Shown: positions 10,043 to 21,221 of the stretch, piece by piece
Numbering within the stretch: position 1 is the stretch's first letter
Layout: each line of letters starts with the position of its first letter
NCBI GenBank assembly: GCA_964415025.1
Contig: CAYPXF010000002.1
Location: forward strand, 11,825-75,824
Source: an uncultured Gammaproteobacteria bacterium
GTDB taxonomy: Bacteria > Patescibacteriota > Patescibacteriia > UBA10025 > JAHIVO01
Reading direction: 5' to 3'
Length of the DNA: 64,000 nucleotides
Program-made: the position numbers and the translations under genes
Notes under the pieces: generated by a model
What the model saw: only the letters and a program-made list of their open reading frames with translations
Database searches by the model: none
Told to the model about the DNA's origin: nothing

Positions 10043-10888
10043 TTACATGATATTGTCCTGATCCAAAAGATTGACGTCGGGTTCGATCAGCACCCGACTT
10101 GCGGTGCCAGGCAAAAAATTCCACTGTGCGCGGAGCGATCGGGTTTCCCCAGCTTGGAAATTATTAAAATACACCCGATCCATTCCTATAATTTCACTGC
10201 TTCCACGGAGGAGGACCACCGTAAAAGAGGTCTGCCAAAACCCGACTAACCCTTGATTGGTAACCGATGCAGTGACCCAGTGAGCGCCCACTCCTGCGTT
10301 TGCCGTCGCGGAATTATAAGAGACAAAATCTATACTAAAATTCTCCTCTGGCAGGACGGCTGGATCAGGAACACGCCGCCAATCTACGTCTTCAATATTG
10401 ACAGATATGCTGGGTAACTGACCGTTATCGTTTAGCTGGATGGCGATATTTTCTGCAGTCAAATACTTCTGTGAATCTGGCAAACAAAAATCAGTGCGGA
10501 CTTCTGTATTCTCACCGCCGATAGAAAACGTGTAACTAACGGAGCTGGCAGCCCATTTTAAATTATTATTCCTTAATTCCGCTACCAAATCATATCGGCC
10601 GCTCCCAGTAGGAAATGCCTTTGCCTGGACAAGTGACAGCTGTTGCGGCTTGCTTTGTTCACGGACTGTGGCATAGGCCACCTGGTTCTGGGCCATGCCA
10701 ATCATCAGCTTGGTTTCTTTTGGGATACTGAATACAAATAAAATAATATTTGTCAGGGCAAAGATAGTGAAAAAAACATCAGCAGCGATAAATAAAATCA
10801 CCCACCACTTTTTGAAGTATTCGCGGTTACTAAGGAAAAAATAGCTGGATTTCAGCCAAATTGTGCTAATATCAAACTGGGAGGCCAT
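10043..10888 (-). CDS. Membrane-anchored hypothetical protein
   Basis: N-terminal TM followed by a beta-rich domain. Confidence 0.75.
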   Translation of the reverse strand: MASQFDISTIWLKSSYFFLSNREYFKKWWVILFIAADVFFTIFALTNIILFVFSIPKETKLMIGMAQNQVAYATVREQSKPQQLSLVQAKAFPTGSGRYDLVAELRNNNLKWAASSVSYTFSIGGENTEVRTDFCLPDSQKYLTAENIAIQLNDNGQLPSISVNIEDVDWRRVPDPAVLPEENFSIDFVSYNSATANAGVGAHWVTASVTNQGLVGFWQTSFTVVLLRGSSEIIGMDRVYFNNFQAGETRSLRAQWNFLPGTASRVLIEPDVNLLDQDNIM

Positions 10889-11003
10889 ATGCTCTGTATG
10901 GTCAATTGTAGCATATATAGGAGCGCATGAAAATCAGGTGGCAGATGGCATCAGAGTATGGTATACTAGAGGTGAAGTCTAAGCCGTTAATCCATACGAT
11001 ACC

Positions 11004-11324
11004 ATGTTTGAAACAAGTAAAGACATTCTTTTTTGGGCTCTGGCCGGTAGCGCGGTGATATTTACTTTTTTCCTGTGCTGGGCATTGTTCTATATCGTGA
11101 TGATGCTGAAGCGCGCGCATGAGGCTATCAAACAAGTCTCGGACTTAATCGTCTCAATTAAAGAAAAAATTGACAAGCTCGAGGCACTGTTCTCGTCGAT
11201 CGAGGAAAAACTGAACCACACCGCCTCATACCTGCCGCTTGTGTTTAAGGGTATTACCGAGCTGATAGATTATTTCAAGGATAAGAAACAGAAAAAAGCT
11301 TCCCGCTCGAGCTCAAAAAAATAA
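11004..11324 (+). CDS. Small TM plus coiled-coil hypothetical protein
   Basis: One TM segment then an amphipathic helix; co-oriented with dnaE. Confidence 0.75.
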   Translation: MFETSKDILFWALAGSAVIFTFFLCWALFYIVMMLKRAHEAIKQVSDLIVSIKEKIDKLEALFSSIEEKLNHTASYLPLVFKGITELIDYFKDKKQKKASRSSSKK

Positions 11325-11352
11325 TAAACGCGATTACCCTCGCTGTTCCCCT

Positions 11353-14300
11353 ATGCCGGACTTTGTTCATCTCCATGTCCATAGTCATTATAGTCTCCTG
11401 GATGGGCTGGCAAAGATTGACGACATAATTGCCAAAGCCCGAGAATACAACATGCCAGCGGTCGCTCTGACCGACCACGGTATTATGTATGGGGCTATTG
11501 AATTTTACCAAAAGGCAAAAGCCGCCGGCATCAAACCGATCATTGGTGTCGAGGCCTATGTCGCCAGGAATGGAAGACTTAATAAACGCGCAAAAATCGA
11601 TGAACGTCCCTACCATCTCGTATTACTGGCGCGTAATAACACCGGCTATAAAAACCTTATTAAGCTCACCTCTACCGCACACGTTGAGGGATTTTACTAT
11701 AAACCCCGGATCGATACAGAGCTGCTAGAGCGGCACGCTGATGGGCTGATCGGCCTGTCAGCCTGCCTCCAGGGGCAAATACCACAATTGCTTGTTAACG
11801 GGCAATACGCCAAGGCAGAGCAAACCGCCCTGGCTATGCAGGAGATTTTTGGTAAGGGTAATTTTTATTTAGAAGTTCAGGACCACCCTAACACGCCACA
11901 CCAGCAAGAAGTGAACAGCGCGCTGTTTCAGCTAAGCGTATCTACGGGCATCCCGGTAGTAGCCACTAATGACGTGCACTATAAAAACAAAGACGATGAT
12001 CGTTTCCACGATATCCTGATATGTCTCCAAACGAAAAAAAAGCAGAATGATACGGACCGCATGAGCTACATGGGAGAGGACTATTCATTTAAAAGTCCGG
12101 AGCAAATGCAGTCGGCTTTTGCCGACCACCCTGAAGCAATAACCAATACGCTCCGTATCGCCGAAAAATGCAGCGTAGAAATAAAGCTGGGAGAAATTAC
12201 CCTGCCGTACTTCGAGGTACCGTCGGATAAAACTACTGATTCATATTTGCGTGAATTATGTATAGCCGGCCTGTCTGCACGGTATCCTGGCCATGAACAT
12301 GATCAGGAAATTCGTGAACGTCTGGACTATGAACTGCAGGTAATTACCAAGACTGGATTTGCTTCATATTTTCTGATTGTGCAGGATTTTGTCAATTGGG
12401 CAAAGGAGAATGATATCGTCGTCGGTCCAGGACGCGGTTCAGCCGCCGGCAGTATTGTCGCTTATCTGACCAATATTACAAATGTTGATCCCATAAAATA
12501 CGGTTTACTGTTTGAGAGATTTCTCAATCCAGACCGTATTTCCATGCCTGACATCGACCTGGATTTTGCCGACACCAGGCGCGACGAAGTGATCGAGTAT
12601 GTGGAGGAAAAATACGGCAAAGACCACGTAGCGCAAATCATCACCTTTGGCACTATGGCAGCGCGTGCCGCAGTGCGCGATGCTGGCCGCGTCCTCGACC
12701 TCCCCTACTCATACTGTGATAAAATTGCCAAAATGATCCCCATGTTCTCCAGTATTACCGAAGCGCTTGAAACTAATCCCGAATTTAAGGAAGTATACAC
12801 CGGTGATACGAACGGTAAACAGCTTATCGACGCAGCGCTGCGACTCGAAGGCGTGGCCCGACACGCCTCAATCCACGCGTGCGGTGTAGTCATCACCAAA
12901 GAACCACTGACCCACTACGTACCAGTACAGTTTTCCACACAGGATGAAAATATTATCGTATCACAATATTCTCTGCATCCGATCGAAGAACTCGGCCTCC
13001 TCAAGATGGATTTCCTGGGACTGAAAAACCTAACCATCCTGGAAAACACTATTGATATTATTAAGAAAGCTCATAATATTGAGATTAATATTGATGAACT
13101 GCCGCTTGATAATAAGGAAACATTCAGACTCATGCAGGCCGGAGAAACCACGGGCGTTTTTCAGCTGGAATCAGCCGGCATGAAACGCTATCTTAAGTTG
13201 CTGCGGCCAACCGAGCTCGAGGACGTCATCGCCATGGTGGCACTGTACCGCCCTGGACCCATGGAATTTATTCCAGACTTCATTGCCCGCAAACACGGCC
13301 AAAAGCAAATTACCTACCTCCACGAAAAATTAAAGCCGATCCTCGAAAAAACATACGGAGTAGCCGTATACCAGGAGCAGCTTATGAAAATTGCCCGGGA
13401 TTTAGCCGGCTTTTCCCTGGGCGAGGCTGATATCCTGCGCAAAGCGGTCGGTAAGAAAATTCAAAAGCTGCTCGATGAACAGCGCGAAAAATTAATTTCC
13501 GGCATGGCAGAAAACAATATTCCACGGTCCACCGCCAGGAGTATTTGGCAGTTTATTGAGCCGTTTGCCCGCTATGGATTTAACCGCGCGCATGCTGCGT
13601 GTTATGCGCTGATCGCCTATCAGACCGCTTATTTTAAGGCCAATTATCCTGATGAATTCATGGCTTCGCTGCTCACTGCCGACTACGGCAATATTGACCG
13701 TATTGCGATTGAGGTCGAGGAATGCGAGCGCATGGGTATCAGCGTGCTGCCGCCGGATATTAATGAGAGCTTTTCTACGTTTACTGCTGTATTTAATCCT
13801 GATACGCACGAGCCAGAGAAAAAAATCAGGTTCGGTCTGCTGGCTATCAAAAACGTCGGCAGCAATATAGTCCGCACGATTATACGCGAGCGCAAACAGC
13901 ACGGCCCGTACAAAGGCCTGGAGGATTTCCTCACCCGCGTCCAGACTAAGGATCTGAATAAAAAATCCATGGAAAGCCTGGTCAAATCAGGTGCACTGGA
14001 TCATTTTGGCGAGCGAAATCAACTGCTGCAAAACCTCGATTCCCTGCTCCGCTTCGCCAAGACGATAGAAAAAGAATCAAATAATAATCAGACGAGTATC
14101 TTTGGCTCGCTGCCCACCCAGCACGCCCCGGCGCTCAAACTGCAGCCAGCTGATCCCGCCCCAAAATCACGCCGTCTGGCCTGGGAAAAAGAATATCTCG
14201 GACTGTATATTTCCGAACATCCCCTGGCTGACTATGCTGAACACTTTCAGACTATGGCCTCCCCCATCCAGGAACTGCCGCAGCGGCTGGATAATGAATC

Positions 14301-14793
14301 GGTTGTTATTGGCGGTATTATTACGGATATCCAAAAAATTATTACGCGGAAAAACCAGCCCATGCTGTTTGTTAAGCTCGAGGACATGTCCGGCCGCACC
14401 GAAGTACTGGTCTTCCCTACCCTGCTGGCTGAAACCCCCGGCCTCTGGCAAGAAGACAGTATTGTCTTAGTGCGCGGCAAAGTCTCCGACAAGGACGGAG
14501 AGATCAAACTGTTGGCTGATAGCGCCAAAAAAATTGAGGCTAACAGTCTGCAAAAAAACGGCAACGGCACAGACGACGTGGTCTACCTCGATATACCCCA
14601 GAAAATGAAACGGAGCGTGTTTGAGGAACTGAAACAGATTTGCCTGGATCATCCCGGGGATAAACAGGTCAAGCTACGCATCAATAATAACGGTCAGATA
14701 AAAACCATCAGTACTAAATACCGTGTCGGACCAGAGTGCTATACACCGATCCAGGACTTAATCGGCATTGATAATTTACAGATAGCTCCATAA
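11353..14793 (+). CDS. dnaE: DNA polymerase III alpha subunit
   Basis: [43 protein letters not shown] fold. Confidence 0.99.
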   Translation: MPDFVHLHVHSHYSLLDGLAKIDDIIAKAREYNMPAVALTDHGIMYGAIEFYQKAKAAGIKPIIGVEAYVARNGRLNKRAKIDERPYHLVLLARNNTGYKNLIKLTSTAHVEGFYYKPRIDTELLERHADGLIGLSACLQGQIPQLLVNGQYAKAEQTALAMQEIFGKGNFYLEVQDHPNTPHQQEVNSALFQLSVSTGIPVVATNDVHYKNKDDDRFHDILICLQTKKKQNDTDRMSYMGEDYSFKSPEQMQSAFADHPEAITNTLRIAEKCSVEIKLGEITLPYFEVPSDKTTDSYLRELCIAGLSARYPGHEHDQEIRERLDYELQVITKTGFASYFLIVQDFVNWAKENDIVVGPGRGSAAGSIVAYLTNITNVDPIKYGLLFERFLNPDRISMPDIDLDFADTRRDEVIEYVEEKYGKDHVAQIITFGTMAARAAVRDAGRVLDLPYSYCDKIAKMIPMFSSITEALETNPEFKEVYTGDTNGKQLIDAALRLEGVARHASIHACGVVITKEPLTHYVPVQFSTQDENIIVSQYSLHPIEELGLLKMDFLGLKNLTILENTIDIIKKAHNIEINIDELPLDNKETFRLMQAGETTGVFQLESAGMKRYLKLLRPTELEDVIAMVALYRPGPMEFIPDFIARKHGQKQITYLHEKLKPILEKTYGVAVYQEQLMKIARDLAGFSLGEADILRKAVGKKIQKLLDEQREKLISGMAENNIPRSTARSIWQFIEPFARYGFNRAHAACYALIAYQTAYFKANYPDEFMASLLTADYGNIDRIAIEVEECERMGISVLPPDINESFSTFTAVFNPDTHEPEKKIRFGLLAIKNVGSNIVRTIIRERKQHGPYKGLEDFLTRVQTKDLNKKSMESLVKSGALDHFGERNQLLQNLDSLLRFAKTIEKESNNNQTSIFGSLPTQHAPALKLQPADPAPKSRRLAWEKEYLGLYISEHPLADYAEHFQTMASPIQELPQRLDNESVVIGGIITDIQKIITRKNQPMLFVKLEDMSGRTEVLVFPTLLAETPGLWQEDSIVLVRGKVSDKDGEIKLLADSAKKIEANSLQKNGNGTDDVVYLDIPQKMKRSVFEELKQICLDHPGDKQVKLRINNNGQIKTISTKYRVGPECYTPIQDLIGIDNLQIAP

Positions 14794-14798
14794 GCGGT

Positions 14799-15980
14799 AT
14801 GATTGATCATATGCGTATCAGCGCCATCCAAACCACGCGTTTTTATAAAAAAGTGATCGTCGGATTTTGTGTCGGCGTGGTGGTTGTTTTTGGTCTGATA
14901 CTGTATTTTTCTTTTTCGAAAACCATCATCACCGTGCATTTAAAACCGTACGACAGCACTACTGAATACAAGGTTATCATATCCGACAGCACCGAGCTCA
15001 ATGAGCTGGCCGAACTAGCCGCTGGTAAAGAAATTGTCCAAGGATATTTACTAAAAACCAACCTGGCTGACTCGGCGACTTATGAAAACACTGCACACGG
15101 TGAAACAATCGAGGGAGTAGCTGCCGGCACGGTGACGATTTATAATAACTGGTCGCAAACACAGCCGCTGACCGCGACTACCAGGCTTTTGACACCAGAT
15201 GGTGTGCTGTTCCGCATCAAACAGCGCGTGGATATACCGCCAGGAAGCAAACTGGAAAATGTCGAGGTGTATGCCGATCAGCCCGGCGCTAGCGGCAATA
15301 TTGAGCCGACAACATTCACCATCCCCGGATTATGGGAAGGGCTGCAGGATCAAATATACGCAGAAAGTTTTGAGCCCATGACTGGCGGCGTGGTCAAGGC
15401 TAAAGTTTTGACCCAAGAAATTATTACCGAAGGTAAACGTAGTCTGCTCGACGAGCTGAAAACAAAAGCCGCGGTAGATCTCGAAGACATAGCGCTGACT
15501 AAATACCCTGACACTGATTTTCGCAAAACACTCTACCCCATCATCTTGTCTGAAAGCGTTTCGCCAGCGGCAGGCACTATCAGTGATACCTTTACCGTAG
15601 ATCTGGAAGTAAGCTTCATCGGCGTATTTTATGACCAGGATGAAACGGTACTCATAGGCCTGGAACAACTAAAAAAAGAATTATCCGATGACGAAGAAGT
15701 CTTACGGTATACTGCTGACGGGCTGAAGGCCAGTATAGAATCATACGACTATGACAATCAGACCGCACAGCTGAATATCGATTATACAGCCAGCGTCGTG
15801 CCGCGCTTATCACATCCCATGTTCGACCGAACTAATTTAACAGGAAAAGATGAGCAGGCTATCAAGGCTTATTTTTCAAACTTTGATGAAGTGGGGTATA
15901 TAAAAATCAAATTTTCACCCTTTTGGGTGACCGAATCTCCCAGCCTGATCGACCATATTGAAATAAGGACAAGCCCATAA
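14799..15980 (+). CDS. Membrane-anchored protein with baseplate J-like beta domain
   Basis: TM; A.GTVTIYN, TRLLTPDGVLF, VYADQPG..GNI.P..FTIPGL, PMTGG. Confidence 0.7.
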   Translation: MIDHMRISAIQTTRFYKKVIVGFCVGVVVVFGLILYFSFSKTIITVHLKPYDSTTEYKVIISDSTELNELAELAAGKEIVQGYLLKTNLADSATYENTAHGETIEGVAAGTVTIYNNWSQTQPLTATTRLLTPDGVLFRIKQRVDIPPGSKLENVEVYADQPGASGNIEPTTFTIPGLWEGLQDQIYAESFEPMTGGVVKAKVLTQEIITEGKRSLLDELKTKAAVDLEDIALTKYPDTDFRKTLYPIILSESVSPAAGTISDTFTVDLEVSFIGVFYDQDETVLIGLEQLKKELSDDEEVLRYTADGLKASIESYDYDNQTAQLNIDYTASVVPRLSHPMFDRTNLTGKDEQAIKAYFSNFDEVGYIKIKFSPFWVTESPSLIDHIEIRTSP

Positions 15981-16009
15981 TTGACAAATAACACAGTACC
16001 AAATATAAT
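15981..16009 (+). promoter_or_regulatory. Consensus sigma70 promoter for the thrS leader
   Basis: TTGACA (15981-86), 17 bp, TATAAT (16004-09). Confidence 0.85.
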
Positions 16010-16019
16010 TACTGTTGCT

Positions 16020-16205
16020 TTGTGGTGATTGTAGCGGCTACCAACCGCTGTGGTGCCAAACCACCCATTCTACGGGCTAAACCACGAGTCAATTTAATAA
16101 ATAAGCGGTCCGCCCCTGGCGGACAATACGGGTGGAACCGTTCGTAGATTCCGGCCTTGCCAGGAACTGCAGAACCCCAATACTGACATAGATTTGGGTA
16201 TTTTA
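16020..16205 (+). ncRNA. T-box-like riboswitch (Thr specifier), compact form
   Basis: Hairpin AGCGG-CTACCAA-CCGCT with ACC; stem III GTCCGCC/GGCGGAC; antiterminator GGG-TGGAACC-GTTC...GAAC-CCC; overlapping terminator hairpin plus T run; upstream of thrS. Confidence 0.7.
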
Positions 16206-16239
16206 ATGTATAAATACTAACGCGTAATAAATAACAAAC

Positions 16240-16436
16240 ACTTAAGGGGAAAAGAGTTCCGGATTCACCTTTATGGCCCGAGCAAAAGTCGAAGACAGAT
16301 GTGTATTATAGAATAAATAGCACATTATAATCTCACCAACCCAGCCAATAAAACTGATTACGGACACATTCACAATAATTTTTACCCTCACTGTACTGGA
16401 TTAGAGCCTATTATTTTTATAAATAAGTTCAACTAG
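16240..16436 (+). pseudogene. Possible decayed calcineurin-like metallophosphoesterase fragment
   Basis: Frameshifted pieces LRGK, SGFTF, II-SHQP, YGHIHNN in the expected order. Confidence 0.3.
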
Positions 16437-16785
16437 AAAGCAACATGTAGAGATATTTACCCGATCAAGCACTATCGTCTAACCGACCCAGACACTAACC
16501 CCCTATACGTAATAAGTGCTGAATTAATCACCAGCACTTAATCTACAATTGCCACGAAACAGTGTGGGAAACAATTTGCTGGAAAACAATAGCAGGTTTC
16601 ATAATGTCAAATAACATTCTAACATTCTTAAGAATGTTCAAGTGAATATGAATATAATAATGACATACCCGACATTTTCTACTGTTTACTGGATTCAGAG
16701 CGAATGCTTATGTATTACGGGATATTGCTTAGAAAATCCACCATTAAATACCTCGATCACATATTACTAATTATCTATTTTTTTT

Positions 16786-18504
16786 ATGAACGAACAACTC
16801 CATAAAATTCGTCATTCACTTTCCCATCTGATGGCCATGGCCGTACTGGACATGTTTCCGGACGCCAAGCTGGCTATCGGTCCGGTGATTGAAGACGGCT
16901 TTTATTATGACTTTGACCTGTCTCGTTCTCTGACGCCGCAAGACTTGCCTAGGATTGAAAAAAGGATGAAAAAACTGATCCAGCAGAATATCAAGTTTAC
17001 CAAGCTGGAAAAATCAGTTGCTGAAGCTAAAGCGTTATGTAAAAATCAACCGTACAAGCTGGAGCTTATTGACCAACTGCTAAAAAACAACGAACCGATT
17101 ACATTTTATGCGTCAGGCGAATTTATCGATCTATGCGGCGGTCCGCACGTAGACTCGTCCAAAGAAATTTCAGCAGATGGATTTAAACTGCTAAAAACCG
17201 CCGGCGCGTATTGGCGCGGTGATGAAAAAAATACCATGCTGCAGCGTATCTATGGAGTCGCTTTTACCTCAAAAAAGGAGCTTGATGACTACCTCAAACT
17301 GCAGGAAGAAATGAAAAAACGTGACCACCGCAAACTGGGTAAAGAACTGGAGCTGTATGATTTTCACGACGTAGCGCCCGGGGCGCCGTTCTGGCTGCCA
17401 AAAGGCATGGTTATGTACCGTGAACTAGAGGACCTGCTACGGAATGAACTGCGGGCAGATGAATATGAGGAGATTAAAACTCCGCAGATTTTGCATAAAC
17501 AATTATGGGAAGAATCAGGCCACTGGGATCACTACCGTGATAACATGTTCCTGGTTGAGGTAGAAAACCAGACGTTTTCGCTCAAGCCCATGAACTGTCC
17601 GGGGTCAACCTTTGTCTACCGGCGGCATAAGCGCAGCTACCGCGACCTGCCTATTCGGCTTGCTGAATTTGGACTGAATTCACGGAATGAATTATCCGGC
17701 ACGCTCGGCGGCCTGTTCCGGGTCCGCCAGTTTGTCATGGATGACGCGCATATATACTGCCGCCCAGACCAGATTCAGTCAGAGGTGCGGAAAACGCTGT
17801 CCCTAATGAAACGCGTACATAAACACTTCGGGTTTAATCCGTCCTATTACCTTTCGACTATGCCCGATGACCACTTAGGCGAGGAAAAGACCTGGCGCTA
17901 CGCTGAAACAATGCTGACCCAAGCCTTGGCAAAGAACAAAATATCATTCGAGGTCAAGGAAAAGGACGGGGCTTTTTACGGACCGAAAATCGATGTGGAA
18001 ATCAAAGACAGCCTAAACCGAAATTGGCAATTAACCACCATCCAGCTGGATTATAATTTGCCGGAACGTTTTGACCTCTCTTATACGGACGCACATGGCA
18101 AGGAACAGCGTCCGATTATCGTCCACCGGGCAATTTATGGCAGTTTTGAGCGTTTCATCGGCATTCTGGTAGAGCACTATGCCGGGGCTTTTCCTGTGTG
18201 GTTATCCCCTATCCAGGCGGCCGTACTGACGGTCGGCAAAGCACACAGCGCGCACGCCAAAAAACTGCATCAGCAGTTCCAGGAGGCCGGCATCCGCTCC
18301 GAGCTCAATGACGGTAATGACACGGTCGGCTATAAAATCAGAAAAGCCACCAAACAAAAAATTCCCTACATGCTGGTCATCGGGGATAAGGAAGCTAAAA
18401 GCGCCAAACTGCACGTACGACTTCGTGGTAAAAAAGACATCAAGCAGATGTCAGTCAGCGCGTTTATCAAGCACGTGACTGGAGAAATAACCAAACGGAA
18501 GTAA
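16786..18504 (+). CDS. thrS: Threonine--tRNA ligase
   Basis: RHSLSHLMA, DLCGGPH, KPMNCP, GAFYGPKID, HRAIYGSFERF. Confidence 0.99.
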   Translation: MNEQLHKIRHSLSHLMAMAVLDMFPDAKLAIGPVIEDGFYYDFDLSRSLTPQDLPRIEKRMKKLIQQNIKFTKLEKSVAEAKALCKNQPYKLELIDQLLKNNEPITFYASGEFIDLCGGPHVDSSKEISADGFKLLKTAGAYWRGDEKNTMLQRIYGVAFTSKKELDDYLKLQEEMKKRDHRKLGKELELYDFHDVAPGAPFWLPKGMVMYRELEDLLRNELRADEYEEIKTPQILHKQLWEESGHWDHYRDNMFLVEVENQTFSLKPMNCPGSTFVYRRHKRSYRDLPIRLAEFGLNSRNELSGTLGGLFRVRQFVMDDAHIYCRPDQIQSEVRKTLSLMKRVHKHFGFNPSYYLSTMPDDHLGEEKTWRYAETMLTQALAKNKISFEVKEKDGAFYGPKIDVEIKDSLNRNWQLTTIQLDYNLPERFDLSYTDAHGKEQRPIIVHRAIYGSFERFIGILVEHYAGAFPVWLSPIQAAVLTVGKAHSAHAKKLHQQFQEAGIRSELNDGNDTVGYKIRKATKQKIPYMLVIGDKEAKSAKLHVRLRGKKDIKQMSVSAFIKHVTGEITKRK

Positions 18505-18511
18505 TAGCCTT

Positions 18512-18582
18512 CACAAGCCCAGGCCGCTCTGCCCGCCATCGCCTACGGCAAAGCCGCGGCAGGCGGATGTACCTGGGCTGTG
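18512..18582. repeat. GC-rich nested hairpin (terminator or REP-like) between convergent genes
   Basis: AGCCCAGG/CCTGGGCT enclosing CGGCAAAGCCG and CCGCC/GGCGG. Confidence 0.55.
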
Positions 18583-18741
18583 TTACTGCGCCATGGCAAT
18601 AGCCACGAACACGCCGGCCACAACGGCTGCCACAATAACAACGGTCAGTACGACTTTTGTGCTCGTGCCGAGCTTTTGCTCTACCTGGACATCGGTGAGC
18701 ATATCCTGCTCTTCAGCTTTTTGCTTTAAATCCTCGGGCAT
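18583..18741 (-). CDS. 52-aa protein with C-terminal TM helix
   Basis: Read manually: MPEDLKQKAEEQ...VVLTVVIVAAVVAGVFVAIAMAQ; TGGTATACT upstream. Confidence 0.65.
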   Translation of the reverse strand: MPEDLKQKAEEQDMLTDVQVEQKLGTSTKVVLTVVIVAAVVAGVFVAIAMAQ

Positions 18742-18867
18742 AAAGTTATCTACTATTGATACTGCTAGTATACCACAGCTTGCTTGTGAAAAGAACAGCG
18801 GAAAGGTAGAATAAGAGTTACCCTGGTTTTTAGGAGTTTCTTGAGTTTTTACAATCCCAGGATTAAA

Positions 18868-19085
18868 TTAAATCCGAAATCCGAAGCATCCACCCACAGC
18901 GCTGAAGCGCAGCTTCGGCAGGCGCGGCGAAATCCCGTATAGGGATGTAATTCCTACGGGACTATACGTCCGAAACGACATCTAATAATAAAATGATCAA
19001 AATTCAAAACCAATATATTTAGAATATCTGAATTTTTAAAATTTAAATTTGTTTCGAATTTAGAAATTTATGCTTCGGATTTTAT
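18868..19085. repeat. Heptamer-repeat inverted element with nested palindromic inserts
   Basis: AAATCCGAAATCCGAAGCA ... TTTAGAAATTTATGCTTCGGATTT ends. Confidence 0.65.
18928..18976 (+). repeat. 49-bp palindromic element, copy 1
   Basis: CGAAATCCCGTATAGGGATGTAATTCCTACGGGACTATACGTCCGAAAC; second copy at 30234. Confidence 0.85.
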
Positions 19086-19136
19086 AAACAGATAAAGGAT
19101 TTAGAATTAGTAGTTCCAAACATTAACTCATTACAT

Positions 19137-20528
19137 ATGCTTTATTATCTATTGATCATTGGTTGCCAAATGAATAGATCTGATGCTGAACGGCTCGGCA
19201 CCCTACTCCAATCCCACGGTGCCATACAGACACATTCAAGCGATGCGGCTGACGTGCTCATCGTGGTGTCTTGCTCTGTTCGTCAAAAAGCCATGGATCG
19301 TATCTATGGCATGGTGCCGCAATGGAATAAGCGCCGCTGCCAAAGGAAACTACAAACCGTACTCACCGGCTGCGTCCTGCCCTATGACCGTAAACGGCTG
19401 CGGGAAGCGTTTGACCACTTCATCGAAATAAAAGATATCGAACGATTACCCCGTCTCCTTGGTTTGGCCAAGAAAAAAGATACCCCCACAGTCGAAATCA
19501 CAAACGCTGATTATTTAGCCCTGCCGACGCTCCATAGCTCACCATTCCAGGCATACGTTCCCATCATGACCGGCTGCAATAACTACTGCACCTATTGTGC
19601 TGTACCGCATACCCGCGGCCAGGAAGCCTCCCGGCCCGCCTCGGCAATACTTCGGGAAGTGACATCGCTCATTAATCATGGCTATAAGGAAATTACCCTA
19701 CTGGGACAAAACGTCAACGCCTATATCGACCCAGAACAATACCATGATGAAGAAACAATCGAAACGAGGTCACGGGAATTTTGGCGATTCAGGCCAGACC
19801 AGCCAATACAGTGGCGCTCGGCCACGACTCGGGTGCCAAAAGACTTTGCCGAGCTGCTAAAAACAATCAATGCTATCCCCGGTGATTTTTGGCTCCGATT
19901 TATTACCTCAAATCCGCAGGATGTGTCTGATGAACTCATCAATACACTGCCCCAATGCGAAAAACTTACCCCTTATTTCCACTTGCCTATCCAATCAGGA
20001 GATGATGAAATATTGCAAAAAATGAACCGGCGCCATAATCGGGACTACTACCTGACGCTTATCGATAAAATACGCACTGCCTGGCCGGGCGTGGCCATAA
20101 CGACAGATATCATCGTTGGTTTTCCCGGAGAAACAGCGAAGCAATTCCAGCACACAGCAGATCTCATGCGGCAGGTACAGTATGATATGGCTTATATTGC
20201 TGAATACTCTCCCCGTCCCGGAACTGCCGCAGCGCGATTTTTCGAGGACGACATACCGTCAGGCGAAAAGTCGCGGCGAAAAAAAGAACTAAATGCCATT
20301 CTCGAGAAAACAGCACTCCAACAAAATAATAAATTGATTGATCAGGATGCCCGGGTGCTGGTAGAGCGCTATGACCCTGACAAAAAAATAAATACCGCCA
20401 AAACGGCTGGGTTTAAAAATATCCGTTTTACCGGCCCTGATTACAAGGGCAGTTTTGTCACCCTCCGTGTGGATACAGCTGATACCTGGGGTCTGTCTGG
20501 AACTATAAAAAAACTGCGCCCTATTTAA
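19137..20528 (+). CDS. miaB: tRNA methylthiotransferase MiaB
   Basis: GCQMN..D, SCSVR, CNNYCTYC, TDIIVGFPGET, YSPRPGT; near miaA. Confidence 0.92.
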   Translation: MLYYLLIIGCQMNRSDAERLGTLLQSHGAIQTHSSDAADVLIVVSCSVRQKAMDRIYGMVPQWNKRRCQRKLQTVLTGCVLPYDRKRLREAFDHFIEIKDIERLPRLLGLAKKKDTPTVEITNADYLALPTLHSSPFQAYVPIMTGCNNYCTYCAVPHTRGQEASRPASAILREVTSLINHGYKEITLLGQNVNAYIDPEQYHDEETIETRSREFWRFRPDQPIQWRSATTRVPKDFAELLKTINAIPGDFWLRFITSNPQDVSDELINTLPQCEKLTPYFHLPIQSGDDEILQKMNRRHNRDYYLTLIDKIRTAWPGVAITTDIIVGFPGETAKQFQHTADLMRQVQYDMAYIAEYSPRPGTAAARFFEDDIPSGEKSRRKKELNAILEKTALQQNNKLIDQDARVLVERYDPDKKINTAKTAGFKNIRFTGPDYKGSFVTLRVDTADTWGLSGTIKKLRPI

Positions 20529-20541
20529 ACAGAGACGCAGT

Positions 20542-21072
20542 TTACCACCAAAATCGCTTACAGGCCCGCTCGAGGTATCCTTTCCGTTTTTGCCATTCCC
20601 AAAAACGAACTAATAAAAATACTACTACTATGAGAAACAAGTATTTCCCCATGATTGGATACACTATAAGACGGCAAAACGAACCGAGCTCAAGTGCCAC
20701 AAACCCTCTAATACCCAGCTTTTTTCGGCGGGCGAATAGCCCTATTACGCCGAACTTATGGCAGTGTGGGGTTAAACCAAAAATATACAAGTCAGGATAG
20801 GATATTTCCTGCCCTTGAGCGATTTTACGGAGCCATCGTGGTGTCTGAATCTGTGCTATCTGATCTGATTTACGCCAGAGCAGCCAGATACCAATGTATT
20901 CCACCACTGCCAGGATAATATCAATACTGATCAAGATAAATACTAACGCATGCCAGGGATAATGGCTAAAGTAATTAGTGGCTGTTTCTTCTGGAAATAA
21001 TATCCAGGGAATAACCGGGATTGCGACAAACCAGTCCACGATATCAGAAAAAAAATCACTAATCTCCTCCAC
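20542..21072 (-). CDS. Orphan membrane protein with own promoter and SD
   Basis: TTGACA-17-TACTAT, AGGAG then GTG at 21072; hydrophobic segments; hairpin 20511-20543. Confidence 0.65.
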   Translation of the reverse strand: MEEISDFFSDIVDWFVAIPVIPWILFPEETATNYFSHYPWHALVFILISIDIILAVVEYIGIWLLWRKSDQIAQIQTPRWLRKIAQGQEISYPDLYIFGLTPHCHKFGVIGLFARRKKLGIRGFVALELGSFCRLIVYPIMGKYLFLIVVVFLLVRFWEWQKRKGYLERACKRFWW

Positions 21073-21221
21073 AATTACTCCTACTATATAAAAGGTGCAT
21101 TTTTTTCGTAATGAAAGCTGCATAGTACACCAATGCCTGCAGTTTGTCAATTCGCCCTCACGTCATACGATGGGGGAATAAAAAAACCGGCCGTGTGTTT
21201 ACGACCGGATGTATCGGAGCG

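Noticed and set aside
16022-16066. tRNA-like appearance (5-bp stem with 7-nt CUnnnAA loop, ending near CCA)
   Set aside because: No D arm, no TTC T-loop and too short; better explained as T-box stem I
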